Positions 52,078 to 60,202 are shown, counted from the stretch's first letter. The stretch is 64,000 nucleotides of DNA from a virus (IMGVR_UViG_3300026519_000012:751-64750); one strand, 5' to 3'. The notes: generated by a model from the letters alone, not told the origin. Numbers and translations are program-made.

Positions 52078-52758
52078 TCATAATCTTTGATCCTCAAACC
52101 ACTGCTGCATACCAGTATCATAATTGCTAATGCTGGTGTGGTAATTAATATAATCGCGTCCTAATAAACCATTAACCCAATTTTTAATTTTAGTCCAGCG
52201 TGATCTGCGATTGATAACGTATGTAATATCAGGGTTGTAATATCCGGGAGGCAGGTGCTCAATCGGGTCGCCGTCATTGATAAAATGTACATTACGCTCC
52301 GGGTAATCAGCAGGTTGATAGCTGTCAACAAATGCCCCCGGTGATGCAAACGTACAGCACTGTGATTTAACACCAATATCAAACAGATCCGTATGTAAAT
52401 ACTGAGCTAACGCACCGCCGCGTGAGAATCCAGTGATGTAAATATTTTGTACCTGCTCATTATAATTCATGAGCCAGTTTTCAATGCGCTCGAACATTAC
52501 GTCATAGCCGCGAGTAAACCCATGCATACGGCCATCAGATGTTGCGTGAGCGTCGATATTGCGCAACCAGTCCAGATCATCATTGCTGCCTCTAAATGCG
52601 ATTACAACGCCTATGGCGCAATCCACGACTAGCACTGATTCGCCTAAGCCGTCAGCCTCGTTAAATTCAGTAACAAATTTTATGCCCCGAACCGGTGATT
52701 TAAACCCTTTCGCTAATTTCATAACTTGCCAGATTTGCTCGATTTCGTTATTTGTCAT
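52078..52758 (-). CDS. Lipase class 3 family protein (copy 2)
   Basis: Three N-terminal substitutions versus 19365..20045. Confidence 0.85.
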   Translation of the reverse strand: MTNNEIEQIWQVMKLAKGFKSPVRGIKFVTEFNEADGLGESVLVVDCAIGVVIAFRGSNDDLDWLRNIDAHATSDGRMHGFTRGYDVMFERIENWLMNYNEQVQNIYITGFSRGGALAQYLHTDLFDIGVKSQCCTFASPGAFVDSYQPADYPERNVHFINDGDPIEHLPPGYYNPDITYVINRRSRWTKIKNWVNGLLGRDYINYHTSISNYDTGMQQWFEDQRL

Positions 52759-52788
52759 TTATACAGTCCTCTCTGCTGATAAACCGGC

Positions 52789-52848
52789 GCAGCAATCTGC
52801 GCTAATGTGCGTGTTATACGCCATATATCCATGTACTTACTGTTATAT
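52789..52848 (+). other. attI-like recombination site (phage A copy)
   Basis: Non-hairpin site ending in G|TTATAT (G at 52842) at the head of the array; conserved with 20081-20138. Confidence 0.6.
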
Positions 52849-52854
52849 TCCTAA

Positions 52855-53856
52855 TCACGCTATCTGCTTAATTTTAAGCTCGCTGCCGCCTAGAATCGCA
52901 TTGCCGCAAGTAATCAAGCCATCCTCCTCGTCTTGTGAGGGAATAAACACAAGAGTATCGAATCCCGCAGCCGTGCAGCTATCTTCTGGCTTTTTGTAGG
53001 GTCGGTACGTTTGATACCCGTCTACCGTTTGAATACCGTTCTCGCGGCAAGCAGAATTATTATGGATCGGAGTTATCTTCACCATCCATTTATCAACGTC
53101 AAAAAGATTGGCAAGCTTTTCACCGTCCACTTCGTTACCGGAGGCGTAAGCTATATTTAAGCAATATTTGCGCCCTATAGGGCTCTGTAGGCTTTCTAGC
53201 TGATCCGCAATATACCCAAGCGTATAACTGCTTCCGCCAAACATTGCGGTTCTTTGTTTCTCTGAGCTAGTGTTGACGCTAATCTGTAATCCAGCCTGAC
53301 CTTTGAATAGATCATTCTTTATGGATGCCCATTCGTGGATTCTCTCGAACGTGTGTTTGTATTCTGGGCACATCGTGGTAAGAACTGGGTGGATAACTTC
53401 AATCCTTACTCCTGTTTCATCTTGGATTTGGCGTTTATTATTTGCCAGCCACTCGGAAAACTTAAACACATCGATATTAAAAATAGGCTCGCCCATTCTT
53501 GCAAAGTGAATGTTCAGGCGGTCTGTGTATTTTACGTTTTCGTAGGCCTTTAGTCCCGTATAAAACTGAGACTTTAAATCGTCAAAACTAACGTTACCTG
53601 AAAACTTAATGTTTGGTACGTCGCAAAAGGTGCATTTCATTATGCAACCATATTGAGTAGATAGGGTGATAACCCACTTCTCTTGCAGCGGCATAATCTC
53701 GCCATTCTCAACACCGTTAAGCTCGCGGGTGTAACCTAAAAAGTCGGCTTTTATGTTTTTGCGTTTCCCGTAATCACCAATGGAAAGGGTTTCTAATTTT
53801 CCTTTGGCGTAGTCATCAACAATCAAATACCCCGTGGGTAAGAAAATTTTATTCAT
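52855..53856 (-). CDS. Radical SAM protein, RlmN/Cfr-like (cassette 1)
   Basis: STQYGCIMKCTFC (CxxxCxxC), RMGEP, LQISVN and C-terminal TCG. Confidence 0.8.
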   Translation of the reverse strand: MNKIFLPTGYLIVDDYAKGKLETLSIGDYGKRKNIKADFLGYTRELNGVENGEIMPLQEKWVITLSTQYGCIMKCTFCDVPNIKFSGNVSFDDLKSQFYTGLKAYENVKYTDRLNIHFARMGEPIFNIDVFKFSEWLANNKRQIQDETGVRIEVIHPVLTTMCPEYKHTFERIHEWASIKNDLFKGQAGLQISVNTSSEKQRTAMFGGSSYTLGYIADQLESLQSPIGRKYCLNIAYASGNEVDGEKLANLFDVDKWMVKITPIHNNSACRENGIQTVDGYQTYRPYKKPEDSCTAAGFDTLVFIPSQDEEDGLITCGNAILGGSELKIKQIA

Positions 53857-53883
53857 GGTAGATTAGCCTTCCTCACAAATGGA

Positions 53884-53989
53884 ATATAACAAGGCAAATC
53901 CACTCCGACAAAATAAAGCGGTGCTTGCCCTGCGTTCTTTTTTAGCTCCTCACGCCGCTTTATTTCGCGGGTGATTTGCGACGTTATGT
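53884..53989 (+). other. attC site 1
   Basis: ATATAAC-aagGCAAATCCAC...GGTGATTTGC-gac-GTTATGT. Confidence 0.85.
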
Positions 53990-53990
53990 G

Positions 53991-54332
53991 TCAAATAAAC
54001 AATACACTCAACAGCGTCTCAAAATCGCCGCCGCACAAAATCTTCTTTTTACCTATATACGGCCCAGAAACTTCGTAATCGTCGATTGATATTCGTTTTA
54101 TTTTATAGTCGCCAATACAGATATTTACCGATGGCTCAATGTCACAATTAAATCGCCATATTTTTTGAGTTTCGTCAAAAGAAATATCAATATTATCGGC
54201 AACAAAGCCACGGTCAAATAACGCGCTGTAAACCTCTATTGGCTCAATCTCGGCATCTTTAGTGCCCTCAGCGTCCATCAAGTGTTTTTGGTCTCTTACC
54301 TCTAATTCTAGTTTTGCGAGTAATCCACACAT
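53991..54332 (-). CDS. Hypothetical protein (cassette 2)
   Basis: ATG lies inside the R'' of attC2. Confidence 0.6.
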   Translation of the reverse strand: MCGLLAKLELEVRDQKHLMDAEGTKDAEIEPIEVYSALFDRGFVADNIDISFDETQKIWRFNCDIEPSVNICIGDYKIKRISIDDYEVSGPYIGKKKILCGGDFETLLSVLFI

Positions 54333-54428
54333 AACAATTAGCTCCAGCGGACACAGTACCGCGCCGCGTTTTTAGTTAAATTTAAGCTCCTGTGCGGCGG
54401 TACTGCGCCGCTGAGCATGGCGTTAGAT
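54329..54428 (+). other. attC site 2
   Basis: ACATAAC-aatta-GCTCCAGCGGAC...CCGCTGAGC-atggc-GTTAGAT, with an extra C in L''. Confidence 0.9.
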
Positions 54429-54767
54429 AGCTCTATCATTGTATTCATCAACTGCATCAAGCGGACTCCTTAGCTCCATCTCCTCAACATCACAAACAAT
54501 GAGCTTATAAACCAGTTCATCAGGAGCAAAAACCAGTCTTTTTGTTATCCCTGTTTTAGGGTTTTTGCAGAATGCAATTTCAATTTGCCTCTCCATCACA
54601 GATGTTATTCGATCCATGTCTATTGACTCTACCCCTAATACCATTCCTTCTGGATTGAGCGGGTCATTAGAAATAGTCAGCCCACCGTCATCATTAACAT
54701 TTTCAGTATCCATGCCGCCTTCAGCAATACTGGCGGTTAATGCATTAGCTAAGCTTTTATCAATCAT
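54423..54767 (-). CDS. Hypothetical protein (cassette 3)
   Basis: GGAG RBS; the stop TAA is the TTA of the crossover. Confidence 0.6.
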   Translation of the reverse strand: MIDKSLANALTASIAEGGMDTENVNDDGGLTISNDPLNPEGMVLGVESIDMDRITSVMERQIEIAFCKNPKTGITKRLVFAPDELVYKLIVCDVEEMELRSPLDAVDEYNDRAI

Positions 54768-54793
54768 AAGGCAACTCCGTAATTAAGTTCGCA

Positions 54794-54880
54794 ATCTAAC
54801 AAGTAATTCCAGTGGACGCTGGTAGTCCAGCGCTTCGCGCATGCCGCATTCCGCGCGCCACTGAATAAAAGTCGTTAGCT
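54794..54880 (+). other. attC site 3
   Basis: ATCTAAC...ATTCCAGTGGAC...CCACTGAAT...GTTAGCT. Confidence 0.88.
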
Positions 54881-55141
54881 GTCAAACGAAATAGCACTGA
54901 TTGTCTTAATCTGCCGATCAAGCGATTTCAACTTCCTAATTCTAATCTCGTCAGCCCTAAGCACTGCGTCCTCTCTACATTTGTGCCAATCCCGCCCCTC
55001 ACCGTGCAAATAAACCGCACAAGAACATTTATTTTTAGGTATAACAATCAGAGAGTTGTTAGCATCCATAGGGTCAATCTCGTGCTCAATAATGCCCTCT
55101 GTTAAACAATATTTCGTGCTCCAAATTTTCATCTTAGTCAC
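54875..55141 (-). CDS. Conserved phage hypothetical protein (cassette 4)
   Basis: WSTKYCLTEGI...GEGRDWH...KSLDRQI. Confidence 0.65.
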   Translation of the reverse strand: MTKMKIWSTKYCLTEGIIEHEIDPMDANNSLIVIPKNKCSCAVYLHGEGRDWHKCREDAVLRADEIRIRKLKSLDRQIKTISAISFDS

Positions 55142-55151
55142 TCCGTCGCAC

Positions 55152-55249
55152 AGCTAACAATCAAAATTCACGCGGACAAAATGCCGCGACGTTTTTACTA
55201 AATTTAAATCTCATCATTGGCATTTAGCCGGTGATTTTGGGCGTTATGC
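55152..55249 (+). other. attC site 4
   Basis: AGCTAAC...CAAAATTCACGCGGAC...CCGGTGATTTTG-ggc-GTTATGC. Confidence 0.88.
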
Positions 55250-55250
55250 C

Positions 55251-55544
55251 TTAAATTGAATTAAGTATTTTAATGCCGTTATAAAACGGAGATTCTGATT
55301 TTTCAAATTGCTCTTTCGCATTAAGCATTTTCTCTCGCCATTGCTCGCGTGTTTGCAATGCCAGCAAAATTTGGTCACGACTTAATTCGTCGAATTCTTC
55401 CCGCAGTTGTTCCATGTTCATTTCTGATATTGATACTTTTCTATACTCAACGCAACTATCCTTTGAGTGCTGTGGATAAATAGGGCATGTTTTATTTGCT
55501 TTTGAGCAGAAAAAACATTCTTTGCTTAGTTTAGGCTCAGGCAT
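55251..55544 (-). CDS. Hypothetical Cys-containing protein (cassette 5)
   Basis: True start probably MPEPK, with the ATG inside the R'' of attC5. Confidence 0.55.
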   Translation of the reverse strand: MPEPKLSKECFFCSKANKTCPIYPQHSKDSCVEYRKVSISEMNMEQLREEFDELSRDQILLALQTREQWREKMLNAKEQFEKSESPFYNGIKILNSI

Positions 55545-55640
55545 AACAATTAGCTCCAGCGGACGCAATACCGCGCCGCGTTTTGTAGTAAATTTAAAGT
55601 TCTCAGTGGTGGTACTGCGCCGCTGATCATGGCGTTAGGT
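55541..55640 (+). other. attC site 5
   Basis: Close relative of attC2; GCATAAC...GTTAGGT. Confidence 0.88.
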
Positions 55641-55853
55641 GGCTTGTGGTTGCTCTACGGCTGATAGTATAAAGCTGGCTCTACAAATCACTTCCTCGCC
55701 AACTCCCTTTACGTTGTAATCACGTATGGCCGTTGTTTTCCCACCGCAAACAATCCCGGTTATCCATGTGTCGCACTGTTCCGTTACCCGCATCATAAAA
55801 GTTCCTTTTCGTTGCGCTGTGATTAAATATGTTTTTCCTGTTTCAATGTTCAT
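55635..55853 (-). CDS. Hypothetical protein (cassette 6)
   Basis: GGAGG RBS; stop lies in the crossover. Confidence 0.6.
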   Translation of the reverse strand: MNIETGKTYLITAQRKGTFMMRVTEQCDTWITGIVCGGKTTAIRDYNVKGVGEEVICRASFILSAVEQPQAT

Positions 55854-55881
55854 TTTCTAATCCTCCAGTGTAATTCCCGCA

Positions 55882-56000
55882 ATCTAACAAAACAAATCTA
55901 CGCGGACAATGTGCAGCGGTGTTTGTTTGCGTTGGCAGTTAAGTTAAAGTTCGTCTCAGTGCGCTTGCATTCCACAAATAAGTCAATTTAATCGTTAGGC
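55882..56000 (+). other. attC site 6 (right arm degenerate)
   Basis: ATCTAAC..CAAATCTACGCGGAC is intact; the L' arm is poorly complementary; ends GTTAGGC. Confidence 0.65.
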
Positions 56001-56285
56001 ACACAGTTCGCATTCACCATCACAGCAGCGCTCTTCATGATTCAGCAGTCCGCGCATAATATTCTCCTCGGCATTTTTTAAAAGCTCTTTTAACTCAGAT
56101 GCGTTTTTACATTTCCCGCATTCCTTATCGATAATAGCGCTTATAACTTGGGCAATAGTTGCGTGATAGGTTATTTTTTTCTTCCGTTTTACATTTCCGT
56201 TTCTGTCTTTCCCGTCCCGCCATTGGTATAACTGCCACCCCGATGTATCTCGTTTAAAGCTATAATTTTCGTTTAATTTGATCAT
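55995..56285 (-). CDS. Hypothetical protein (cassette 7)
   Basis: AAGGAAG RBS; stop lies in the crossover. Confidence 0.6.
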   Translation of the reverse strand: MIKLNENYSFKRDTSGWQLYQWRDGKDRNGNVKRKKKITYHATIAQVISAIIDKECGKCKNASELKELLKNAEENIMRGLLNHEERCCDGECELCA

Positions 56286-56358
56286 TTTGTCTTCCTTAAA
56301 AAAAAATGGTGGGCCAAGGCGGGCGCATTAACCAGTTATGCTATTGGCCCTAAAAAGC

Positions 56359-56469
56359 GCCTAACAATTGCATCCACCCGGACAGTCCTACGCGGTGCTC
56401 ATTTGTGCCAAAAAAGCCTGGCACAAGCCTCCACGGCTTCGGCCTGCGCGGTTATGCGCGACGTTATGT
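56359..56469 (+). other. attC site 7
   Basis: GCCTAAC..GCATCCACCCGGAC...CGGTTATGC-gcgac-GTTATGT. Confidence 0.82.
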
Positions 56470-56470
56470 A

Positions 56471-56680
56471 TTAAATATCTTTTAGCCATGATGTGTGATA
56501 AACAACTTGACTACCATTCTTAAACTCTAGCGTTACGTCACCATTAGAATCAACTCCGCGAGCAATAGCTTTCCGGTTTGAATAGCTGTCTTTATACATT
56601 ATTTGGTATTTTTTGCCCGGCTGAATATCATTGCGCGAGAGGCAATTATCAGTGTTTAGCATTACTCGCTCCTTTGCCAC
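56471..56680 (-). CDS. Small hypothetical protein (cassette 8, gene b)
   Basis: Stop immediately after R'. Confidence 0.5.
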   Translation of the reverse strand: MAKERVMLNTDNCLSRNDIQPGKKYQIMYKDSYSNRKAIARGVDSNGDVTLEFKNGSQVVYHTSWLKDI

Positions 56681-56844
56681 TCACGACTAATTGAATTCTT
56701 ATGCCAGCCCTCTTGTTCAAGCTTCGCTTCTGCCATGTCTACCAGCAGCGCAATATCGCACTCATCTCTAACAGAGCCGCAGTCTTTCATGACGTTCACC
56801 TTGTCACAGATAGCGGCGATTAGCTCTAAATTGTCCATAATCAA
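56662..56844 (-). CDS. Small hypothetical protein (cassette 8, gene a)
   Basis: GGAG RBS before MDNLE. Confidence 0.5.
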   Translation of the reverse strand: MIMDNLELIAAICDKVNVMKDCGSVRDECDIALLVDMAEAKLEQEGWHKNSISREWQRSE

Positions 56845-56858
56845 TCTCCAATTGAGTC

Positions 56859-56946
56859 ACATAACAAGTGCTTACACGCGGACAGTCTTCCGCGTCGTTC
56901 GCTCCGCTCTCTATGCCCCAGCCTGCCGGTGAAGCTGTCGTTAGCT
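56859..56946 (+). other. attC site 8
   Basis: ACATAAC..GCTTACACGCGGAC...CCGGTGAAGC-tgtc-GTTAGCT. Confidence 0.85.
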
Positions 56947-57004
56947 GCAAACGCAGGCACTTCAGCGCCGTAACATCCTCGCTACACATTCCGCTCCTTT
57001 ATTG

Positions 57005-57502
57005 TTAAAACGGGATATCATCATCAAAGTCGTCAAAGTTCTGTGATCCGCCTTGCGACGGTGCAGCACTCTGACGTTTGTTGTCGGCACTGCTCGGCGC
57101 ACCCCCGCCTTGATTTTGATGCTGGTTTTGGTCGCCCCCATATTCACCGCCGCTTGAGCCATCACGGCTATCCAGCATCTGCATATTGTTAGCGACGATT
57201 TCAGTCGTGTAGCGATCTTGACCGCTGGTTTTATCCTGCCATTTACGTGTACGCAGGCTACCTTCCACATATACCTTAGAACCTTTCTTCAAGTATTCAC
57301 CGGCGACCTCACCTAAACGATTAAAGAAGACGACGTTATGCCATTCGGTACGCTCTTGCTTCTCGCCGGTCTGTTTATCTTTCCATGACTCGCTCGTGGC
57401 AATCGTCACATTAGTGACCGCTGAACCACTCGGTACATAGCGCACATCAGGATCTTTACCTAGATTACCAATCAGGATTACCTTGTTAATACCTTTTGCC
57501 AT
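57005..57502 (-). CDS. ssb: Single-stranded DNA-binding protein
   Basis: [15 protein letters not shown]...ERTEWH...DFDDDIPF; gammaproteobacterial type. Confidence 0.97.
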   Translation of the reverse strand: MAKGINKVILIGNLGKDPDVRYVPSGSAVTNVTIATSESWKDKQTGEKQERTEWHNVVFFNRLGEVAGEYLKKGSKVYVEGSLRTRKWQDKTSGQDRYTTEIVANNMQMLDSRDGSSGGEYGGDQNQHQNQGGGAPSSADNKRQSAAPSQGGSQNFDDFDDDIPF

Positions 57503-57609
57503 TACTTTTTCCTTCCAATGTGAATAGTTACATACTTAATAAATTTCTGAGCGATTAGCATTCAATCCCCGTGACAGGCTCGAATTTTGGCGCTTTCAAT
57601 CACTCGACG

Positions 57610-59235
57610 TTACTCGGCTTTTGATTCAACGAAGGCAACATGCGGGACATTGCCGGTTGAAATCATTTCGGCAATTTGTTTGGCCTGTTCAACGTTGATG
57701 GCCGTGTTATCAACTAAGTATTTCGCGACCTCTGCGAGGCTCGTTCTCCGCACTGAGCATGTCACTTTCAGGTTCTTCTTGGTTTGGACTGGCGCTGCGC
57801 TGCTTGACTGCGCTCCGCCATTTAATGGCGACTCTGTTGCGTCTTTGATGGCGGCTGCAGTTTGCTGATTTTCCTCTAAATCGATACGCTCATTTTCAAG
57901 CTTCTGCTGCTCTTCCTGTCTGATTTTCTCGCGCTCAGCTTCGATGCGCTTTTCTTCGGCTGCTTTGTGCTCTGTGATTCTCAGCTTAATGACGTTAACA
58001 AGATCATCGTTATTTTTAAGTACGAGTGTTGCAGCGTCAGAAAATAGAAAAGTGTAATCAGCGGCTAACTCCCTTAATGAGTCAAGGTTGGTTTGTATTT
58101 TGTCAGCAATTTCATTTGATTCAATCTTTGCTCTAGCCAGCTCCGTATCAACCGCATTTCGTTGGCTCGACACCGTTCGCTTGCCTTTTACAGCGCCTGC
58201 AAAGTCAGTCGTAATAGCTGGCATATATGGCTTTCCAATGCGTTTATTTAGACTTTCAATGTGGGTGCTCATTGCAGATTTTCCAGCCTGCAAAATCTCA
58301 AAGCGAACAGCGTCTTTTCTTGCTTGAACCAGTTTTTTTAGATCAAGGCGGGTTGCTCTGGCTTGCGCCTTGATATCGTCAATGGTTTTGAATAGCTCAT
58401 CGATGGTGGCCGTTTGGCTGAGTGCGTGCTCCTTTGTCGCTTCTAGGCGCTTTTCTACTTCACCGCACCATTTGACAGTTTTCTCGGCATTGGAAAAATC
58501 TTCGTCCGTTTGAAGATCTTTGTTGATATTGTCAAAGACAGCTAGCGCCGTTTCTCTAAATTCCATCAGGTTTGATGACGTTACCATGCCACTTATTTCA
58601 ACGCGCAATGCTGGGAGCGTTTCAGGGGCTTTTCCGATAACTTCCGGCGCAGTTTCGACGTGCTGATAGTTAGCGACATCTTCATCTAGCTGTGCCCATC
58701 CGGCCAAAAGAGATTTTCTGTCATCAGGATTTAGCGTCATCACAACATGTACGGTTTTTTCTTCCGTGCCGTCCGTGACCATATAAAGGCATTTTTCAGC
58801 ACCAACACAAAGCTGCTGGACAACTTGCCAATAATCCTCAAGGGGTACAATTCCATTGCGAACATCATCGGCTTTTTCATCGTTCCACTGCTTGCACTCC
58901 CAAGCATAGTCTTCTTCCATCGTTATCCCATCATAACTGGCAAGTAAATAATCATCGTCATCAATGGCTGTTACAGGATAAAGCTTTCTGCCGATAATGG
59001 ATTCAGCAATTGGACGTGATTCCGCCTCGACTTCATGTCCTTTTTTGAAGATTACATTTTGCACATAGCTATCGATCTCTTTCTCGCTACCAGTGGCCAT
59101 AATTTGAATCAATTCGTTACGACTGGTATTTTTGCTAACACCCATCATCACTGGGGCCATTGATGCCGAGTGTGGATATTTTCCGCGAATATCATGCCAC
59201 GCCTGCTCGCCCTGAACTACATTAAGAATTTTCAT
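57610..59235 (-). CDS. YqaJ-like (lambda exo family) exonuclease with long coiled coil
   Basis: QGEQAWHDIR, SASMAPVMMGVS, GHEVE, LLASYDG, WECK, QVVQQL. Confidence 0.88.
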   Translation of the reverse strand: MKILNVVQGEQAWHDIRGKYPHSASMAPVMMGVSKNTSRNELIQIMATGSEKEIDSYVQNVIFKKGHEVEAESRPIAESIIGRKLYPVTAIDDDDYLLASYDGITMEEDYAWECKQWNDEKADDVRNGIVPLEDYWQVVQQLCVGAEKCLYMVTDGTEEKTVHVVMTLNPDDRKSLLAGWAQLDEDVANYQHVETAPEVIGKAPETLPALRVEISGMVTSSNLMEFRETALAVFDNINKDLQTDEDFSNAEKTVKWCGEVEKRLEATKEHALSQTATIDELFKTIDDIKAQARATRLDLKKLVQARKDAVRFEILQAGKSAMSTHIESLNKRIGKPYMPAITTDFAGAVKGKRTVSSQRNAVDTELARAKIESNEIADKIQTNLDSLRELAADYTFLFSDAATLVLKNNDDLVNVIKLRITEHKAAEEKRIEAEREKIRQEEQQKLENERIDLEENQQTAAAIKDATESPLNGGAQSSSAAPVQTKKNLKVTCSVRRTSLAEVAKYLVDNTAINVEQAKQIAEMISTGNVPHVAFVESKAE

Positions 59236-59236
59236 A

Positions 59237-60175
59237 TTAGCTACCTTCCTGTTCCCACGCGTCAATTTGATTTTGTTGCTCAGGTGTTAGTTGCATTGCA
59301 GTAAGCGCAGTGCTGATAACGTCCTTGGCTGATTTCTTTCCTGATCGCACTAATGCCTCGCAGTCTTTTGCCAGCTCCTGAAATTGATCGTCAGTGCAAG
59401 CGATAAGGGTGTCGCCTTGAGTGGGCGCGCCCTCATCACCGCCTCTATCCATGTCAATAACAACCCCGCCTTCTATAATAGGGTTCCGGCCTGCTTCCGC
59501 TGCATGGCTAACAGTGATTGCATTGGAGACCTCAACCGAGCAAGGCATATATTTCAGCACTTGAAGTAGCGGTACTTTTCTGCAATACATTTCCCAATCT
59601 CGATGGCTGTAATGGCTCCTCCCAACTTTATTGTATTTATCACGGTGCTTCCGCAGCTTTGCTACTGTCCAGAGTTCAATGACGGGCATTTTCGAATCCT
59701 TAACCCAGCCAATAGCGTAGGCGTGAGTCATATCGTTCGGATCATCAAGATCTGTTTCATTGTGAATAACCAGGTCACGTCTGGCACCATCGGTGAATGT
59801 GTAATCCTGATCCTTAAATATAACGCCGGTGTAAACTGTGGCGCGACCACTCCGTGACACAAGATCAACAAGCCCCTTCCAGCCCGGTACAAATGTGCAG
59901 GTGGTTTTATAGGGGATCAGATACCCCGCGCCATTAACTCCGGGTTCTAAGCCCAACTGCCCGGCTGTCATTAATGATGCGGCGATACTGTTGACATCGC
60001 ACTTTTGTAGCTTTGGTGATGTGCTAAAGGCCGTTAATGCCAGCCGGGTCATCCTGTCGGCTGTCATGTGCTTAGGCAGGGCTAGTTCAAGTTGAGGTTT
60101 CAGCTTTTCCATAAAGCTGCTGAGTTCCGCAACTGGGGATTTCCGCTTTGCTGCCACTTGCTGTTGAGTAGTCAT
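59237..60175 (-). CDS. recT: RecT-family ssDNA annealing protein
   Basis: LALPKHMTADRM, QLGLEP, YLIPY, GWKGLVDL.RSG, EMYCRKV. Confidence 0.92.
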   Translation of the reverse strand: MTTQQQVAAKRKSPVAELSSFMEKLKPQLELALPKHMTADRMTRLALTAFSTSPKLQKCDVNSIAASLMTAGQLGLEPGVNGAGYLIPYKTTCTFVPGWKGLVDLVSRSGRATVYTGVIFKDQDYTFTDGARRDLVIHNETDLDDPNDMTHAYAIGWVKDSKMPVIELWTVAKLRKHRDKYNKVGRSHYSHRDWEMYCRKVPLLQVLKYMPCSVEVSNAITVSHAAEAGRNPIIEGGVVIDMDRGGDEGAPTQGDTLIACTDDQFQELAKDCEALVRSGKKSAKDVISTALTAMQLTPEQQNQIDAWEQEGS

Positions 60176-60202
60176 AGCTATTTTCCTTGTAGTTCTTTTG
60201 AG

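Larger units (their letters stand above)
45501..52760 (+). repeat. ~7.26-kb direct repeat, copy 2
   Basis: See copy 1 (12788-20047). Confidence 0.97.
52843..56946 (+). mobile_element. Integron-type gene cassette array (8 cassettes, no intI in window)
   Basis: Eight attC-like imperfect palindromes alternate with short ORFs; each cassette's leading GTT-7mer is complementary to its own R'' site. Confidence 0.85.

Noticed and set aside
53884-56946. Intergenic palindromes as simple terminators or REP elements
   Set aside because: They lack U-tracts, carry AAC/GTT ends with bulged L boxes, and show cassette-specific end complementarity.
56804-56989. ORF reading through attC8, and the 55545-55568 extension of the cassette 5 ORF
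   Set aside because: They are largely translations of attC sequence and probably not real coding extensions, although a short leader peptide cannot be excluded.
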